From Thermoplasmatota archaeon (GTDB lineage: Archaea > Thermoplasmatota > Penumbrarchaeia > Penumbrarchaeales > Penumbrarchaeaceae): a stretch of DNA of 64,000 bases. How positions within the stretch are numbered: the stretch's first letter is position 1; every line of letters starts with the position of its first letter. This document shows, one piece after another, positions 1 through 10,127 of the stretch. The notes below the pieces were generated by a model. It made no database searches. It worked only from the letters and a program-made list of their open reading frames with translations, and was not told where the DNA came from. The DNA lies in NCBI GenBank assembly GCA_029762535.1, contig JARVGK010000014.1:8750-72749 (forward strand), in the 5' to 3' direction. A program made the position numbers and the translations under genes.

Positions 1-2669
1 TCCTCTCCCTTCTCATCGGTGAGGGAGAATAATGAACCGATGTCCTCGTAGTATATCCAGGTCAGGGTGTTCTCGTCCACCAGGATCGGGACGCTGCTGC
101 CTTGGTATTCATCGAGACCGGACCATATATCCTCCTCGTCGCTGCCCTCCCATCGTATCAGATCGAAGCGCAGGTCATGAGGGATCCCCAGCAGCCGCGG
201 AGGGTAGGGGGCATTGATGTTGGAGCAGGTGCCCCCCTCATCGCCCACGGCATAGATCTCCGATGCGTAATATCCCCTTGAACTCAGCTCCGAAATGGAA
301 TCGGAGATCGCTTCGCGGTTGGTGACGGAGAGCTCCGCGATGTGGTCATACCCGCCGCCGTAGTCCATGGCTTCGGAATCGATACGCGCCTCCAGGCCCG
401 CTCCCACCGAGGAGAGCGAGATGGACACCGCGACGGTCAGGGCAAGGATCGCCGTGACGAGGGGGGCGAGGCCCGGTCTCCTGCGAAGGTTTGCGGATGC
501 CAGCAGGTATACCGGACCGGGATCCCGGATGACGATGAGCAAAGAGATCATCAGGAGGGCTATCCCCGAGGCGGATGCGGCGGAGCCAAATACATAGAGC
601 ATGGAAACGGCGAGGTTCGACCCGGCGCTGCCAGTGAGGACCAGCATCGCGATGCCCGAAAGGGCGAGTATCCCCCCGGCGGTTGGGATCACGAACCTTA
701 CCGGACGGTCATCTCCGATAGAAAGGTCCTCTCCCCTTGCGTTATGATCCGGAGGCCTTGCGGCCTCCCTCAAGGATATGCCAAGGACGATCGCGCCGGA
801 GAGCAGAGTGCCTGACAGGGCGGAGAAAAGGGCCGTATCGATATCGAGGACGGTGGGTATGTCGTATCCCTCCACCGACCCGGACCAGGCGCCGCCTAGC
901 ATGAGTCCAAGGAGCAGCGCCAGGAGGTAACCCATGGGGATCCCAAGGCCCGCTCCCAGGGCTAGGGCGGGGACGGAGTCAAGGACCGCCACGAGGCCAA
1001 GCCCCCTTCTTTTCAGCCCGATCGCCCTGGCGTTGGCCCACTCCCCGGCCCTTTTCAGGTACCTTCCACGCAATATGCCGAGAAGGGTGAGGCATGCCCC
1101 GATGATGATGGTCGATCCGAACGTGAGGAACATCAACGGGAATATGGACAGCGCCCGGTCCGAGCCAAGAGCCATCTCCCTGGCCTTGACGATCCTGCCT
1201 CCACCTCCGGTGAGGCCGCTGTGAAGGTCCTCAACTTTCAGGCTCCGATCCAGAAGGTCCGGCGCATCCTCCTCCGAGGCGTTCACAAGGACCCCCGTGA
1301 CGGACCCGTAGGGTGTTTGAAAGATATCCCGCGCCTCTATGAAGTTCATGATCACGCGGGGGGTAGTCCTGTATCTCTCCCAGTAATCTATGTCCTCATC
1401 CGTTATCCTGTTTAGGTCAACATCGAATGACGGGGACCAGTCGGAACAGGAATCCCGGTCCGTGATCCCCGCTATCGGAGGCACCAAGACCCGCAGGGGG
1501 TAGAGGGTTCCGACATCCAGGATCCCAGTGACCGTCAGGTCTATCTCGGTGGGGACCAGGTTACCGTAAGGGTCAAGGGTCCTGGCCTTTATAGTGAACT
1601 TGTCGCCGGGGCCTATCCCGAGGCGAAAAGCGGTCTCGTTCGATATTATGGCGCCGCCGACGGGCGGGACATGGACCCCCATCATCGGCACATCCGATCC
1701 GATCATGGTGGAGTAAGGTATGGAACCCCCATCGGAATCGATCCCGTCAACGAAGTAGGCCAGAACGGGATCGCCGAAGGGTGGGCGGGGGAACATGAAG
1801 TCCTCGTTCATGATGAGGGATGCGCCTCCGAGGTCCGTAACGGTGTAACCAAGGTCCCCGGGGCCGATCGCGTCGTTGAAGGCCACGACGATATCGGGTT
1901 CGGTTAGGTCCGATCGACAGAGGAATGTATTGACGATCCCCGGATCGCCCATGACATTGGAGAGATGGTCCAGGTCCAATATTATGATGGGAGGGGCCTC
2001 TTCCCGTGAATCGGTCCTGAACCTGCCCAGACCGCGGTCCGGGACGACCCTGGCTATCGGCAGGTCCAGCGTCAGGGACGGCGAGGAGATCCCCGCAATG
2101 GTCCTGGGATGCGGCAGCGGCAGCTTCAGTTCGAGGGAGTCCCCGGATGAGAGGGCGAGCCTATCGGAGGCTTTGAGGTTGATGTAGGCGGATGCGCCAG
2201 TGGGGAATTCTCCGTCGGCGCCATCAAGCGGGAGCAGGTCCCGGACCGTGCCCTTTGCACCTATGACCCTGATCCGGGCCGAGGCGGAGGCGGATCGGGC
2301 GGACCCTTCGAGGATGAGGGCGGCGTGGATCCCCCCCTCCGTGAGGCGTTCGAGCGCCTCATCGCCGGGGTGGATCGGGTCCGGGTATTCGACGATCATC
2401 CCGACATCGGACATGTTCCTCGATACGTTGTCGGAGACCTTTGCCTTCAGGCCGTCGCCTATGGACAGGGATGCCAGGATGACCGCGATGACTAGGGCGG
2501 ATGTGAGGGAGATATAAAGGACCCCCTCCCTCCTCCTGAGGGAGGATATCAGTCCGAGCCGAATATATGCGACCCTCTTATGCGTGATGGCAAGGGCCGA
2601 TGTGAGAGCGGCCAGTGCCAGGGCCATGATCGCCGCGGATGCCATAAGGGGGATCCCCTCAGCGGCCAT
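1..2669 (-). CDS. ABC transporter permease, FtsX/MacB-like (3' end runs off the window)
   Basis: Not in the ORF track because it has no stop in the window. Hand translation from ATG 2669 gives MAAEGIPLMASAAIMALALAALTS...VIAVILASLSIGDGLKAKV (N-terminal TM segments), a large extracellular loop, then the FtsX-type motif ..KRAGEWANARAIGLKRR... The same frame reads open at position 1; not every intervening codon was checked. Confidence 0.8.
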   Translation of the reverse strand, partial: MAAEGIPLMASAAIMALALAALTSALAITHKRVAYIRLGLISSLRRREGVLYISLTSALVIAVILASLSIGDGLKAKVSDNVSRNMSDVGMIVEYPDPIHPGDEALERLTEGGIHAALILEGSARSASASARIRVIGAKGTVRDLLPLDGADGEFPTGASAYINLKASDRLALSSGDSLELKLPLPHPRTIAGISSPSLTLDLPIARVVPDRGLGRFRTDSREEAPPIIILDLDHLSNVMGDPGIVNTFLCRSDLTEPDIVVAFNDAIGPGDLGYTVTDLGGASLIMNEDFMFPRPPFGDPVLAYFVDGIDSDGGSIPYSTMIGSDVPMMGVHVPPVGGAIISNETAFRLGIGPGDKFTIKARTLDPYGNLVPTEIDLTVTGILDVGTLYPLRVLVPPIAGITDRDSCSDWSPSFDVDLNRITDEDIDYWERYRTTPRVIMNFIEARDIFQTPYGSVTGVLVNASEEDAPDLLDRSLKVEDLHSGLTGGGGRIVKAREMALGSDRALSIFPLMFLTFGSTIIIGACLTLLGILRGRYLKRAGEWANARAIGLKRRGLGLVAVLDSVPALALGAGLGIPMGYLLALLLGLMLGGAWSGSVEGYDIPTVLDIDTALFSALSGTLLSGAIVLGISLREAARPPDHNARGEDLSIGDDRPVRFVIPTAGGILALSGIAMLVLTGSAGSNLAVSMLYVFGSAASASGIALLMISLLIVIRDPGPVYLLASANLRRRPGLAPLVTAILALTVAVSISLSSVGAGLEARIDSEAMDYGGGYDHIAELSVTNREAISDSISELSSRGYYASEIYAVGDEGGTCSNINAPYPPRLLGIPHDLRFDLIRWEGSDEEDIWSGLDEYQGSSVPILVDENTLTWIYYEDIGSLFSLTDEKGE

Positions 2670-3307
2670 GGACCGAGAAGATACTGTAATGTATTATAGA
2701 TTGCTGGTACGGTCGAAAGCTCCTGCACGATTTGGTACGAAAATCACAGCAAGGTTTGGTATACTGATTTGCATACCTCTGCCCAACGATGACGTGAAAT
2801 TGACGCTCCGTTGGGCTCGGAACATGCCAATGTAATTGGCAGGTTAGGTGAAATAACATCAGTTATTTTACGACTATTTCGAAGTCCCGTATCAAAAAGA
2901 TCTTGACGCAAGGGACTTACGAAAAAACCCGACTATAATTTTCATACTATGATGTGATATTCTAGCTTATGAGGGTTTTTTATGGTCTTTTCGACCCATT
3001 TTACCGATCTTGTCACATCTCTCAATTTTGACCATACCGTTACAACGACTTTCCATCAGGAAGGACCCATTGAAATATATAGAGACGAGGTAGGACAGGG
3101 AGGTCATCCGCGGGGCGTGTCATAATCTTGATAACATCCGGAACAAGGGATGAAGCCTATCACTGGGCTGAAGGATCCCGGGAAAGGAAGATGGGCGTGA
3201 TCATGGCTAAGTTAAGTGCTGATAACGAGTAATTCGATCCCGATCGAGGGCAACAAGATAAAAGTTTATAAGGAGGAATTTTAAGAAAAAAACGCTAAAT
3301 AGTAATG

Positions 3308-3410
3308 TATATATAGTGGTTATAAATATATTTTCGATTAGTTTCTTATAGTCCTATTTCATTTAAATAATCCTCTTTTAAAAACGCATGTTTTTAAAAA
3401 GGTATAAATA
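3308..3410 (+). promoter_or_regulatory. Conserved ~100-bp promoter/operator element, copy A
   Basis: Aligns without gaps to 13593-13695 (hand count about 84/99 identical, with 31 nt perfect at 3376-3406). Inverted repeat TTTTAAAAAC-GCAT-GTTTTTAAAA abuts AAAGG-TATAAATA (BRE/TATA-like). Confidence 0.8.
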
Positions 3411-3434
3411 TGGTGGATTAAAATATCATTTCTC

Positions 3435-3512
3435 ATGAACGACAAGCGTGAGAAAAGAAGTAAAAACCACATCAGAGGGGATATTTTCCCGGCTCTGATA
3501 TGGCAACTATAG
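3435..3512 (+). CDS. Putative 25-aa peptide MNDKREKRSKNHIRGDIFPALIWQL
   Basis: ATG about 25 nt after the TATA box of element A, at almost the same spacing as the real start at 13719 after element C. Basic N-terminus and hydrophobic C-terminus. Confidence 0.35.
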   Translation: MNDKREKRSKNHIRGDIFPALIWQL

Positions 3513-3561
3513 TATTGATCTAATTGTCTGACATAAATAAAGAAAACAGAGGTGTGAAAAC

Positions 3562-4881
3562 ATGAAAAACATAGGTAAAACCTTCGGGACAATGTTCGGT
3601 TTGATCGTCATTGTATTGATGATCCTCCCCACATTGGTGAGTGCTGCCATAGTGAATGAACAAAGGATCGGAGGCTATAATCCTGATCCTGGAGGTCCTA
3701 TATATGCTGATACAGCAGCCATAGATTCGGTTGGAAATGATGTTGTTGCAGTATTTTCACAGCAAACCCAACAAGGTGGCTTCTATAATGTGTATATAAC
3801 AAAATCGGTTAACGGAGGAGGAGCTTGGAGTAACCCCGTTAGAGTGTTCAATCAAAACGTGGATCAGCTCAACCCTGATGTGGTTCTGGTAGACATTAAC
3901 GAAAACTTGGTTGCGTTCATTGTTTGGAAGCAAGGAGGATATCTAAAATCGAAAGCATTGTATTTATCAAATCTATCATGTTGGGAAATCTATAGTCAAG
4001 GTCAACAACCAAAAACATTGACAGATGAAGGCGTCTACAATTATCCAAGGATCGCGGGTAAGAATTATTATTCGGACGGACATTATGCATATGTCTTCAT
4101 TGTATGGGAGGCATACGTTTCCAATCAAAGGTATGAGATACAGATGAAAACATGCCTTTGGGAGGAGAATGCAAATCCCAGCATCAGTTGGAGTGATGTG
4201 ATCATTGTCGCTCGTGATTTCTCAAGTTACAGCTTGAGACATCCGACTATTGATTTCGATATCGATGTTGTTATCACATACGATTGTATCAATAGGGGCA
4301 CCAATATCAATGATGTGAAATTCAAACGATATTTCTTTACTTTTTCATCACTATATCCGGAATACAACGATCCTTTCGATCTTGGTGTTTCCATTTTTCC
4401 CACCCAATATGATTATTATTATCCCGAGATAACCATCAAATTTGCAGATTACCGTGTCGTCGTTGTTGGACAAAAGATCGATGATGTGAATTATATCATC
4501 GGCCGTTCTTGCGACTTCAGTCTGGCTTGGGATACCGCCATAAATGTCGGGAACAGCTCGGTAGCTCCTTCTTTAAGAGGGGTCGCTGTCGATTCAACCG
4601 TTCCGGATGAGCGGGATGAACCAAAATTCGATGGAGGTATCAAAGCCATGTGGGCCAACAATTCAAAGATTACAAGTAGAAAGTTGAAGGTTGTATCCGG
4701 GTCCTTGACAGCCTTAGGAACGGAAGATACAGATACTTACGGTTACTACGATGGTGAATTAACGCATGTGGCAATATCTTTAACATACGTATATGAAGAA
4801 ACCATCAGAGAGGTCTTTGGACATCATGTATACATGAACTATCCCGGGAGTGTTATCTATTACACTGAGAATGGAGATTAG
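3562..4881 (+). CDS. Secreted protein with Asp-box/BNR-like motif (probable beta-propeller)
   Basis: Signal peptide ending ..PTLVSA, motif SVNGGGAWS, beta-rich and Tyr-rich sequence, GAGGTG SD-like site upstream, low GC. Confidence 0.7.
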   Translation: MKNIGKTFGTMFGLIVIVLMILPTLVSAAIVNEQRIGGYNPDPGGPIYADTAAIDSVGNDVVAVFSQQTQQGGFYNVYITKSVNGGGAWSNPVRVFNQNVDQLNPDVVLVDINENLVAFIVWKQGGYLKSKALYLSNLSCWEIYSQGQQPKTLTDEGVYNYPRIAGKNYYSDGHYAYVFIVWEAYVSNQRYEIQMKTCLWEENANPSISWSDVIIVARDFSSYSLRHPTIDFDIDVVITYDCINRGTNINDVKFKRYFFTFSSLYPEYNDPFDLGVSIFPTQYDYYYPEITIKFADYRVVVVGQKIDDVNYIIGRSCDFSLAWDTAINVGNSSVAPSLRGVAVDSTVPDERDEPKFDGGIKAMWANNSKITSRKLKVVSGSLTALGTEDTDTYGYYDGELTHVAISLTYVYEETIREVFGHHVYMNYPGSVIYYTENGD

Positions 4882-5012
4882 TAAAGATCGTATATGAACA
4901 TTTGAGGTGTCTTGTAGAAGATATGAAGGTCCCTCGAAACTCGGGGGACTTCATAACATAGGAAGAAGGAATATGCCAGCCATATACCCTTTCAACGAAG
5001 GAAAGATAAATA

Positions 5013-8000
5013 ATGGAACATATGATGAGTAACATGAGATCGATGATGGCGGTCAAAATCAGTGTGGTCGCCATCATCCTTTTTTTCTCTTTTTTTAGCA
5101 TTTACCCTAGTGGGGCCCAAGATAATCCCTACACAAAGGGCAGTGGAACACATATCGATCCCTACGTCATAGAGGATGTGTGGGATCTCCAGAATATGAC
5201 CGATGACTTGAGCACCCACTACGTTCTCGGCAACGATATCAACGCTTCCGATACGATCAACTGGAACTCTGGCGCTGGTTTCTATTCGATAGGAAACGCA
5301 AACTCACCTTTTACCGGAAGCCTTGACGGGAGGAACCATACCATAACAGGATTGTTCATTCACCGCCCCGGAACAGACCATGTTGGTCTATTCGGGTATA
5401 CTGGATCTGGGGCTACAGTCGAACGGGTGATCCTTGTGGATCACTTTGTTAAAGGAAGCAGATATGTAGGCGCGATTGTTGGATGGAACGAAGGAGGTGT
5501 TGTCTCGGACTGTGTGGCTTCGGGAACAACAATGGTAGATATTCATTATCTAGGAGGTGTTGTTGGAATTAATCGAGGGGGCATAATATCAAACTGTTCC
5601 TATAAGGGGATAGTAGACGGAAAGGCGAATGGCTTACAATCTATTGTCGGGGGTATAGTAGGATTAAATGAAAATGGCATAATATCGAACTGCGATATGC
5701 AGGGTAATATAACCAGTAGAAATTATGCGGGTGGGATCGTCGGGGATAATGTCAATGGCATGATCTCCAACTGTTATGTGATGGGGAGTGTGAGGGGGAG
5801 TCAGGTTGTGGGTGGAATAATTGGAGCCGATGGGGGTACTGTTGAGCATTGCCAATCCTCAGCTGATGTTAGAGGATCAAGGAACGTCGGTGGTCTTATC
5901 GGATGGAAAAGCGGCATTGTGTCCAATTGTTATTCGACTGGAAATGTTAATGCAAGCGACCATGGTGCGGGTGGTCTGATAGGAACTTTGGCTCAAGGTA
6001 TTGTTTCTGACTGTTGGTCAACGGGACATGTATTATCTGGTCGCTATTATGTAGGAGGTTTGATCGGAAGCAATTATGGTAGAATATCAAATTGTCATTC
6101 CTCAGGTAATGTTGTAGGAACCAAGGAGGTCGGAGGATTGGTGGGTAGGAACGAAGGTCGGATATCCAACTGTTATTCGACTGGAAATGTCACTGGTAGA
6201 ATTTCCATTGTAGGTGTTGCAGTTAGTTCTTTAGGTGGTTTGATCGGTTACAACGGTGGCAAGGTGTCCAACTCGCATTACAGCATTGAGAGGGTATCGA
6301 TAAACGGCGGTGAACATCTCACGATTGGGGGGTTATTCGAAGATCAATACCTGAACTGGTTATCCAACGACCTTACTTTGGATATAACCGATTACGGATC
6401 CTCACTGGCGTTAAATGAGGGATATTATCATATCGATAACATTCAAGGAATCAGGGATATGCTGGGATTCGTTGATGATGAAGAATACAATTTCCGCTTT
6501 TCTTCTGATATTGATCTATCAAGCGCACCGGGTTTATACCTTCCATATTTTGGAGCATCGGAATTGGATGGCAACAATCATACTATAACCAACTTAAACC
6601 TTGATCTTTCATTTGTTTCGAATGTTGGTATGATCGGTTATAATTATGCTGGAAAAATAAAAAATATCCAGATGGTCAATATCAATGTGTCAGGTTATGA
6701 GAATGTCGGTGGATTGTTGGGTTGTAATCACAACGGTGTTGTATCAAATTGCTTTGCGTCAGGAACCGTTAACGGTGTAAATGATTATACCGGCGGTCTC
6801 GTTGGATTAAGTAGCGGTACGATATCCGGTTCTTCTGCTTTTGGAATTGTTAAAGGAACCGGATCATCTAAAGGTGGTCTTGTAGGTTCGAATAATGGGA
6901 GGATATCAGACTCTAATTTCATTGGAAATGTGACCGGTAATGGCGCTTCGGGTGGATTGGTTGGTTCTAATAGCGCTATTATCTCCAACTGCTATTCCAA
7001 AGGGGATGTGAAAGGTGGAAACAATATGGGCGGATTGGTTGGGTCAAATGGCGGTAGTGTTTCCAATAGCCATTCTGAAAGTAACGTGATGGGAAGATCA
7101 CCTGTTGGTGGATTAATGGGTTATAACTCAGGTAATGTTATCTTTTGCTATGCATCTGGAGAAGTAACAGGTAAAGATTGTGTTGGTGGGCTTATTGGAT
7201 CTAACATAGGAAGCGTTACAAAATGTTATGCTACCGGTAATGTAAGGGGATCTTGGGTAGTGGGCGGGCTCATAGGTTCTAATGGATTATGTATTGTATC
7301 CAACTGCTACTCGACTGGGAAAGTTATCAGGATTTCTGGAAATACTACGAACTTCGGCGGATTTGTTGGATTAAATGAGGGACAGATAATCAATTCGTAT
7401 TCAACGGGTAGGGTTATCTACAATGGTAGTAACGATCCCACGGATAAGGGCTTTGCAGGAAATATATATGAATATGAAGAATACGAGATGAGAGGGAATT
7501 TCTGGGATAACGAGACCAGTCTGCAAACGACCACATCCGGTGAAGCTATCGGAATGAATACGACCATGATGAAGACGAGGAAGACGTTCACTGATGCTGG
7601 TTGGGATCTCAGATTTGTCTGGTGCATGATAGAGAAGGTAACATATCCCTTTCTCAGGTGGCAGGATACGAAGCGTCCCATTGCAGATGCCGGTCCTGAT
7701 CTGATCGTTGATGAAGGCACTTTTGTAGAATTTGATGGTAGCGGAAGTTATGACGATAGGGGTATAGCGGATTATTTATGGAGTTTTATCGATAACAAAT
7801 CTGTTACGTTGTATGGAGTCAAACCTGCGTATCAGTTTAACAATCCCGGAATTTTCATAATCACATTAAATGTCCAGGATGCAGTAGATACTTGGGGATC
7901 TGACACCATGACAGTTACTGTTTTGGACATATCCCCGCCATCAGCGAATGCTGGTCTTGACCTGATCGTAGATGAAGGAACCATTGTGACATTCAACGGG

Positions 8001-9131
8001 AATGGATCATATGACAACGTGGGGATCGTCAACTACACATGGACATTTATCGACAGGGATCCCATCGTCCGCTACGGGATCGATCCCGGCTATCGATTCG
8101 ATACCCCGGGAGTTTTCATTGTTACATTGAACGTTAGCGATGCCGCTGGTCATTGGGCCACCGATACGATGACTGTAACAGTTAGGGACATCACCGCTCC
8201 AATAGCAGTTGCCGGTCCAGATCTGACTGTCGATGAGGGAACTGTTGTATATTTTGACGGGAGCGGGAGTTTCGACAACGTGGGGATCGTGAACTGGACC
8301 TGGACGTTCGTTGACGGGGAAATAATAATGCTCACCGGGATGGATCCCAGCTATCGGTTCGATACACCGGGAGTTTATACCGTTGTTCTAAACGTCACCG
8401 ACGCCTCTGGACATTGGGGCGTCGATTCCATGATCGTCACTGTTTTGGATATTACGGCACCTAAGGCCGTTGCCGGTTTGAACAGGACCGTGGATGAGGG
8501 TACCGTTGTTACCTTCGACGGGAGTGGCAGTTATGATAATGTCGGGATCGCGAACTACACATGGACGTTCATCGACGGGGATCCCATCGTTCTCTACGGG
8601 ATCGATCCCAGCTATCGGTTCGATACTCCGGGGGTTTACATTGTTACATTGAACGTCAGCGATGCTGCTGGACTTTGGGCCATAGATTCATTGACGGTAA
8701 CGATCAGGGACATCACACCACCTGTAGCTGATGCAGGGGAGGATCAGGCCATAGAAGAGGAAGATACGGTCCAATTCGATGGAAGCGGAAGCAACGACAA
8801 CGTCGGGATCGTCAATTATACCTGGAGCTTCTACGATGGTTCGAGCAGTGTCATGCTCTATGGGATCTCCCCCTCCCATACCTTCTCGATCTCAGGGATC
8901 TATGTCGTCACATTGACGGTGAAGGATGAGGCGGGGAACGAGGGATCCGATACGATGAAGGTAGAGGCCAAGGAGAAAGAAGGAAATGGTATCGTGGACG
9001 ATCCTATCGATCCTTTGTTGATCATAGGCTCCATCATCTTGCTGGCGGGGATCATTATTCTGGTTTTTTTCCTGTTTTTACGTGGGAGGAACAGATCACC
9101 GGATGAAGGATCTCGATGGTTGGAAGAATGA
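5013..9131 (+). CDS. Cell-surface protein with GLUG repeats, 5 PKD domains and a C-terminal TM anchor
   Basis: Signal peptide, many VGGLVGxNxGxISNCYSTGxV repeats, five ~87-aa P.A.AG.D..V.EG..V.FDGSGS.DNVGI..YTW repeats, hydrophobic C-terminal anchor. The start may be one of the next few Mets. Confidence 0.9.
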   Translation: MEHMMSNMRSMMAVKISVVAIILFFSFFSIYPSGAQDNPYTKGSGTHIDPYVIEDVWDLQNMTDDLSTHYVLGNDINASDTINWNSGAGFYSIGNANSPFTGSLDGRNHTITGLFIHRPGTDHVGLFGYTGSGATVERVILVDHFVKGSRYVGAIVGWNEGGVVSDCVASGTTMVDIHYLGGVVGINRGGIISNCSYKGIVDGKANGLQSIVGGIVGLNENGIISNCDMQGNITSRNYAGGIVGDNVNGMISNCYVMGSVRGSQVVGGIIGADGGTVEHCQSSADVRGSRNVGGLIGWKSGIVSNCYSTGNVNASDHGAGGLIGTLAQGIVSDCWSTGHVLSGRYYVGGLIGSNYGRISNCHSSGNVVGTKEVGGLVGRNEGRISNCYSTGNVTGRISIVGVAVSSLGGLIGYNGGKVSNSHYSIERVSINGGEHLTIGGLFEDQYLNWLSNDLTLDITDYGSSLALNEGYYHIDNIQGIRDMLGFVDDEEYNFRFSSDIDLSSAPGLYLPYFGASELDGNNHTITNLNLDLSFVSNVGMIGYNYAGKIKNIQMVNINVSGYENVGGLLGCNHNGVVSNCFASGTVNGVNDYTGGLVGLSSGTISGSSAFGIVKGTGSSKGGLVGSNNGRISDSNFIGNVTGNGASGGLVGSNSAIISNCYSKGDVKGGNNMGGLVGSNGGSVSNSHSESNVMGRSPVGGLMGYNSGNVIFCYASGEVTGKDCVGGLIGSNIGSVTKCYATGNVRGSWVVGGLIGSNGLCIVSNCYSTGKVIRISGNTTNFGGFVGLNEGQIINSYSTGRVIYNGSNDPTDKGFAGNIYEYEEYEMRGNFWDNETSLQTTTSGEAIGMNTTMMKTRKTFTDAGWDLRFVWCMIEKVTYPFLRWQDTKRPIADAGPDLIVDEGTFVEFDGSGSYDDRGIADYLWSFIDNKSVTLYGVKPAYQFNNPGIFIITLNVQDAVDTWGSDTMTVTVLDISPPSANAGLDLIVDEGTIVTFNGNGSYDNVGIVNYTWTFIDRDPIVRYGIDPGYRFDTPGVFIVTLNVSDAAGHWATDTMTVTVRDITAPIAVAGPDLTVDEGTVVYFDGSGSFDNVGIVNWTWTFVDGEIIMLTGMDPSYRFDTPGVYTVVLNVTDASGHWGVDSMIVTVLDITAPKAVAGLNRTVDEGTVVTFDGSGSYDNVGIANYTWTFIDGDPIVLYGIDPSYRFDTPGVYIVTLNVSDAAGLWAIDSLTVTIRDITPPVADAGEDQAIEEEDTVQFDGSGSNDNVGIVNYTWSFYDGSSSVMLYGISPSHTFSISGIYVVTLTVKDEAGNEGSDTMKVEAKEKEGNGIVDDPIDPLLIIGSIILLAGIIILVFFLFLRGRNRSPDEGSRWLEE
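7675..8965 (+). repeat. Five tandem PKD-coding repeats of about 261 nt
   Basis: Recurring gacaacgtggggatcgt / ctatcggttcgatac blocks at 261-nt period. Confidence 0.85.
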
Positions 9132-9311
9132 GATCGAAAACCCTCTTGTATTATTCAGCACTGTGTTTTTTGTGGTTCACAAAGACCTCGAACATCTGGG
9201 GGGTGGGGAATATGAGCCGGGGGACCAATACCAACCGGATAGTGCTGCTTAGAAAGCCTGAAGGAGCTTGATAAGGGAAAACCGTAAATAATCACTCTAT
9301 TCTCATCTCTC

Positions 9312-10127
9312 GTGAACGATGCCTACGAGCGATTGAAAGGGATCCTCTCGCAGATGGGATCCGCCGTCCTTGCATTCTCCGGAGGGGCGGACAGCACCCT
9401 GCTGCTCAGGGCGGCCCTGGACACTTCCGGCTTTGTCGTGGTCCCGGTGACCGCCGTGTCCTTGACCTATACGAAGGAGGAGATCGAGGAGGCGCGGCGC
9501 CTCGCTTCATCGATGGGATCCGAACTTATCGAGATCGACACCTCGGAGATGGAGGATCCCTCTTTCTTGAAAAACGGACCGGACCGATGCTATCACTGCA
9601 AGAGGGAGCTGTTCTCGCATCTGTTCTCGATAGCCCGCGAGAGGGGGATCGGACACGTCATTGACGGCTCCAACCTCGATGATATGGACGATCACAGGCC
9701 CGGGTTTCGTGCGGCAAAGGAAATGGGCGTGGGGCATCCCCTGCAGGAAGCGAGGATCACCAAAGCGATGTTAAGGGACATCTCCCGAGATCTGGGCCTC
9801 TCCACATGGGACAAGCCGTCGGCGGCTTGCCTCGCGTCGAGGATCCCATACGGAAGCGGGATCACCGCCGAGAAGCTCGAGGCGGTGGGGAGAGCGGAGA
9901 GCATACTCAAAAGGATGGGTTATAAGCAGGTCCGGGTCCGGCATCACGGCAATATCGCCCGCATAGAGGTGGGAAGAGAGGAGATGATGCAGCTAATGGA
10001 AATGAGGGAGGAAGTGGTATCCTTCATCAAGGAGCTGGGATTCTCCTATGTCACGCTCGATATCGAAGGGTTCAGGAGCGGGAGCATGAACGAGGTCCTC
10101 GATATCAGGCCCAGCCCCTCTCCTTGA
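9312..10127 (+). CDS. larE: ATP-dependent sulfur transferase, LarE family
   Basis: PP-loop AFSGGADS, RCYHCK, DGSNLDD..DHRPG, ACLASRIPYG, VRVRHHG, GFRSGSMN. Confidence 0.9.
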   Translation: MNDAYERLKGILSQMGSAVLAFSGGADSTLLLRAALDTSGFVVVPVTAVSLTYTKEEIEEARRLASSMGSELIEIDTSEMEDPSFLKNGPDRCYHCKRELFSHLFSIARERGIGHVIDGSNLDDMDDHRPGFRAAKEMGVGHPLQEARITKAMLRDISRDLGLSTWDKPSAACLASRIPYGSGITAEKLEAVGRAESILKRMGYKQVRVRHHGNIARIEVGREEMMQLMEMREEVVSFIKELGFSYVTLDIEGFRSGSMNEVLDIRPSPSP

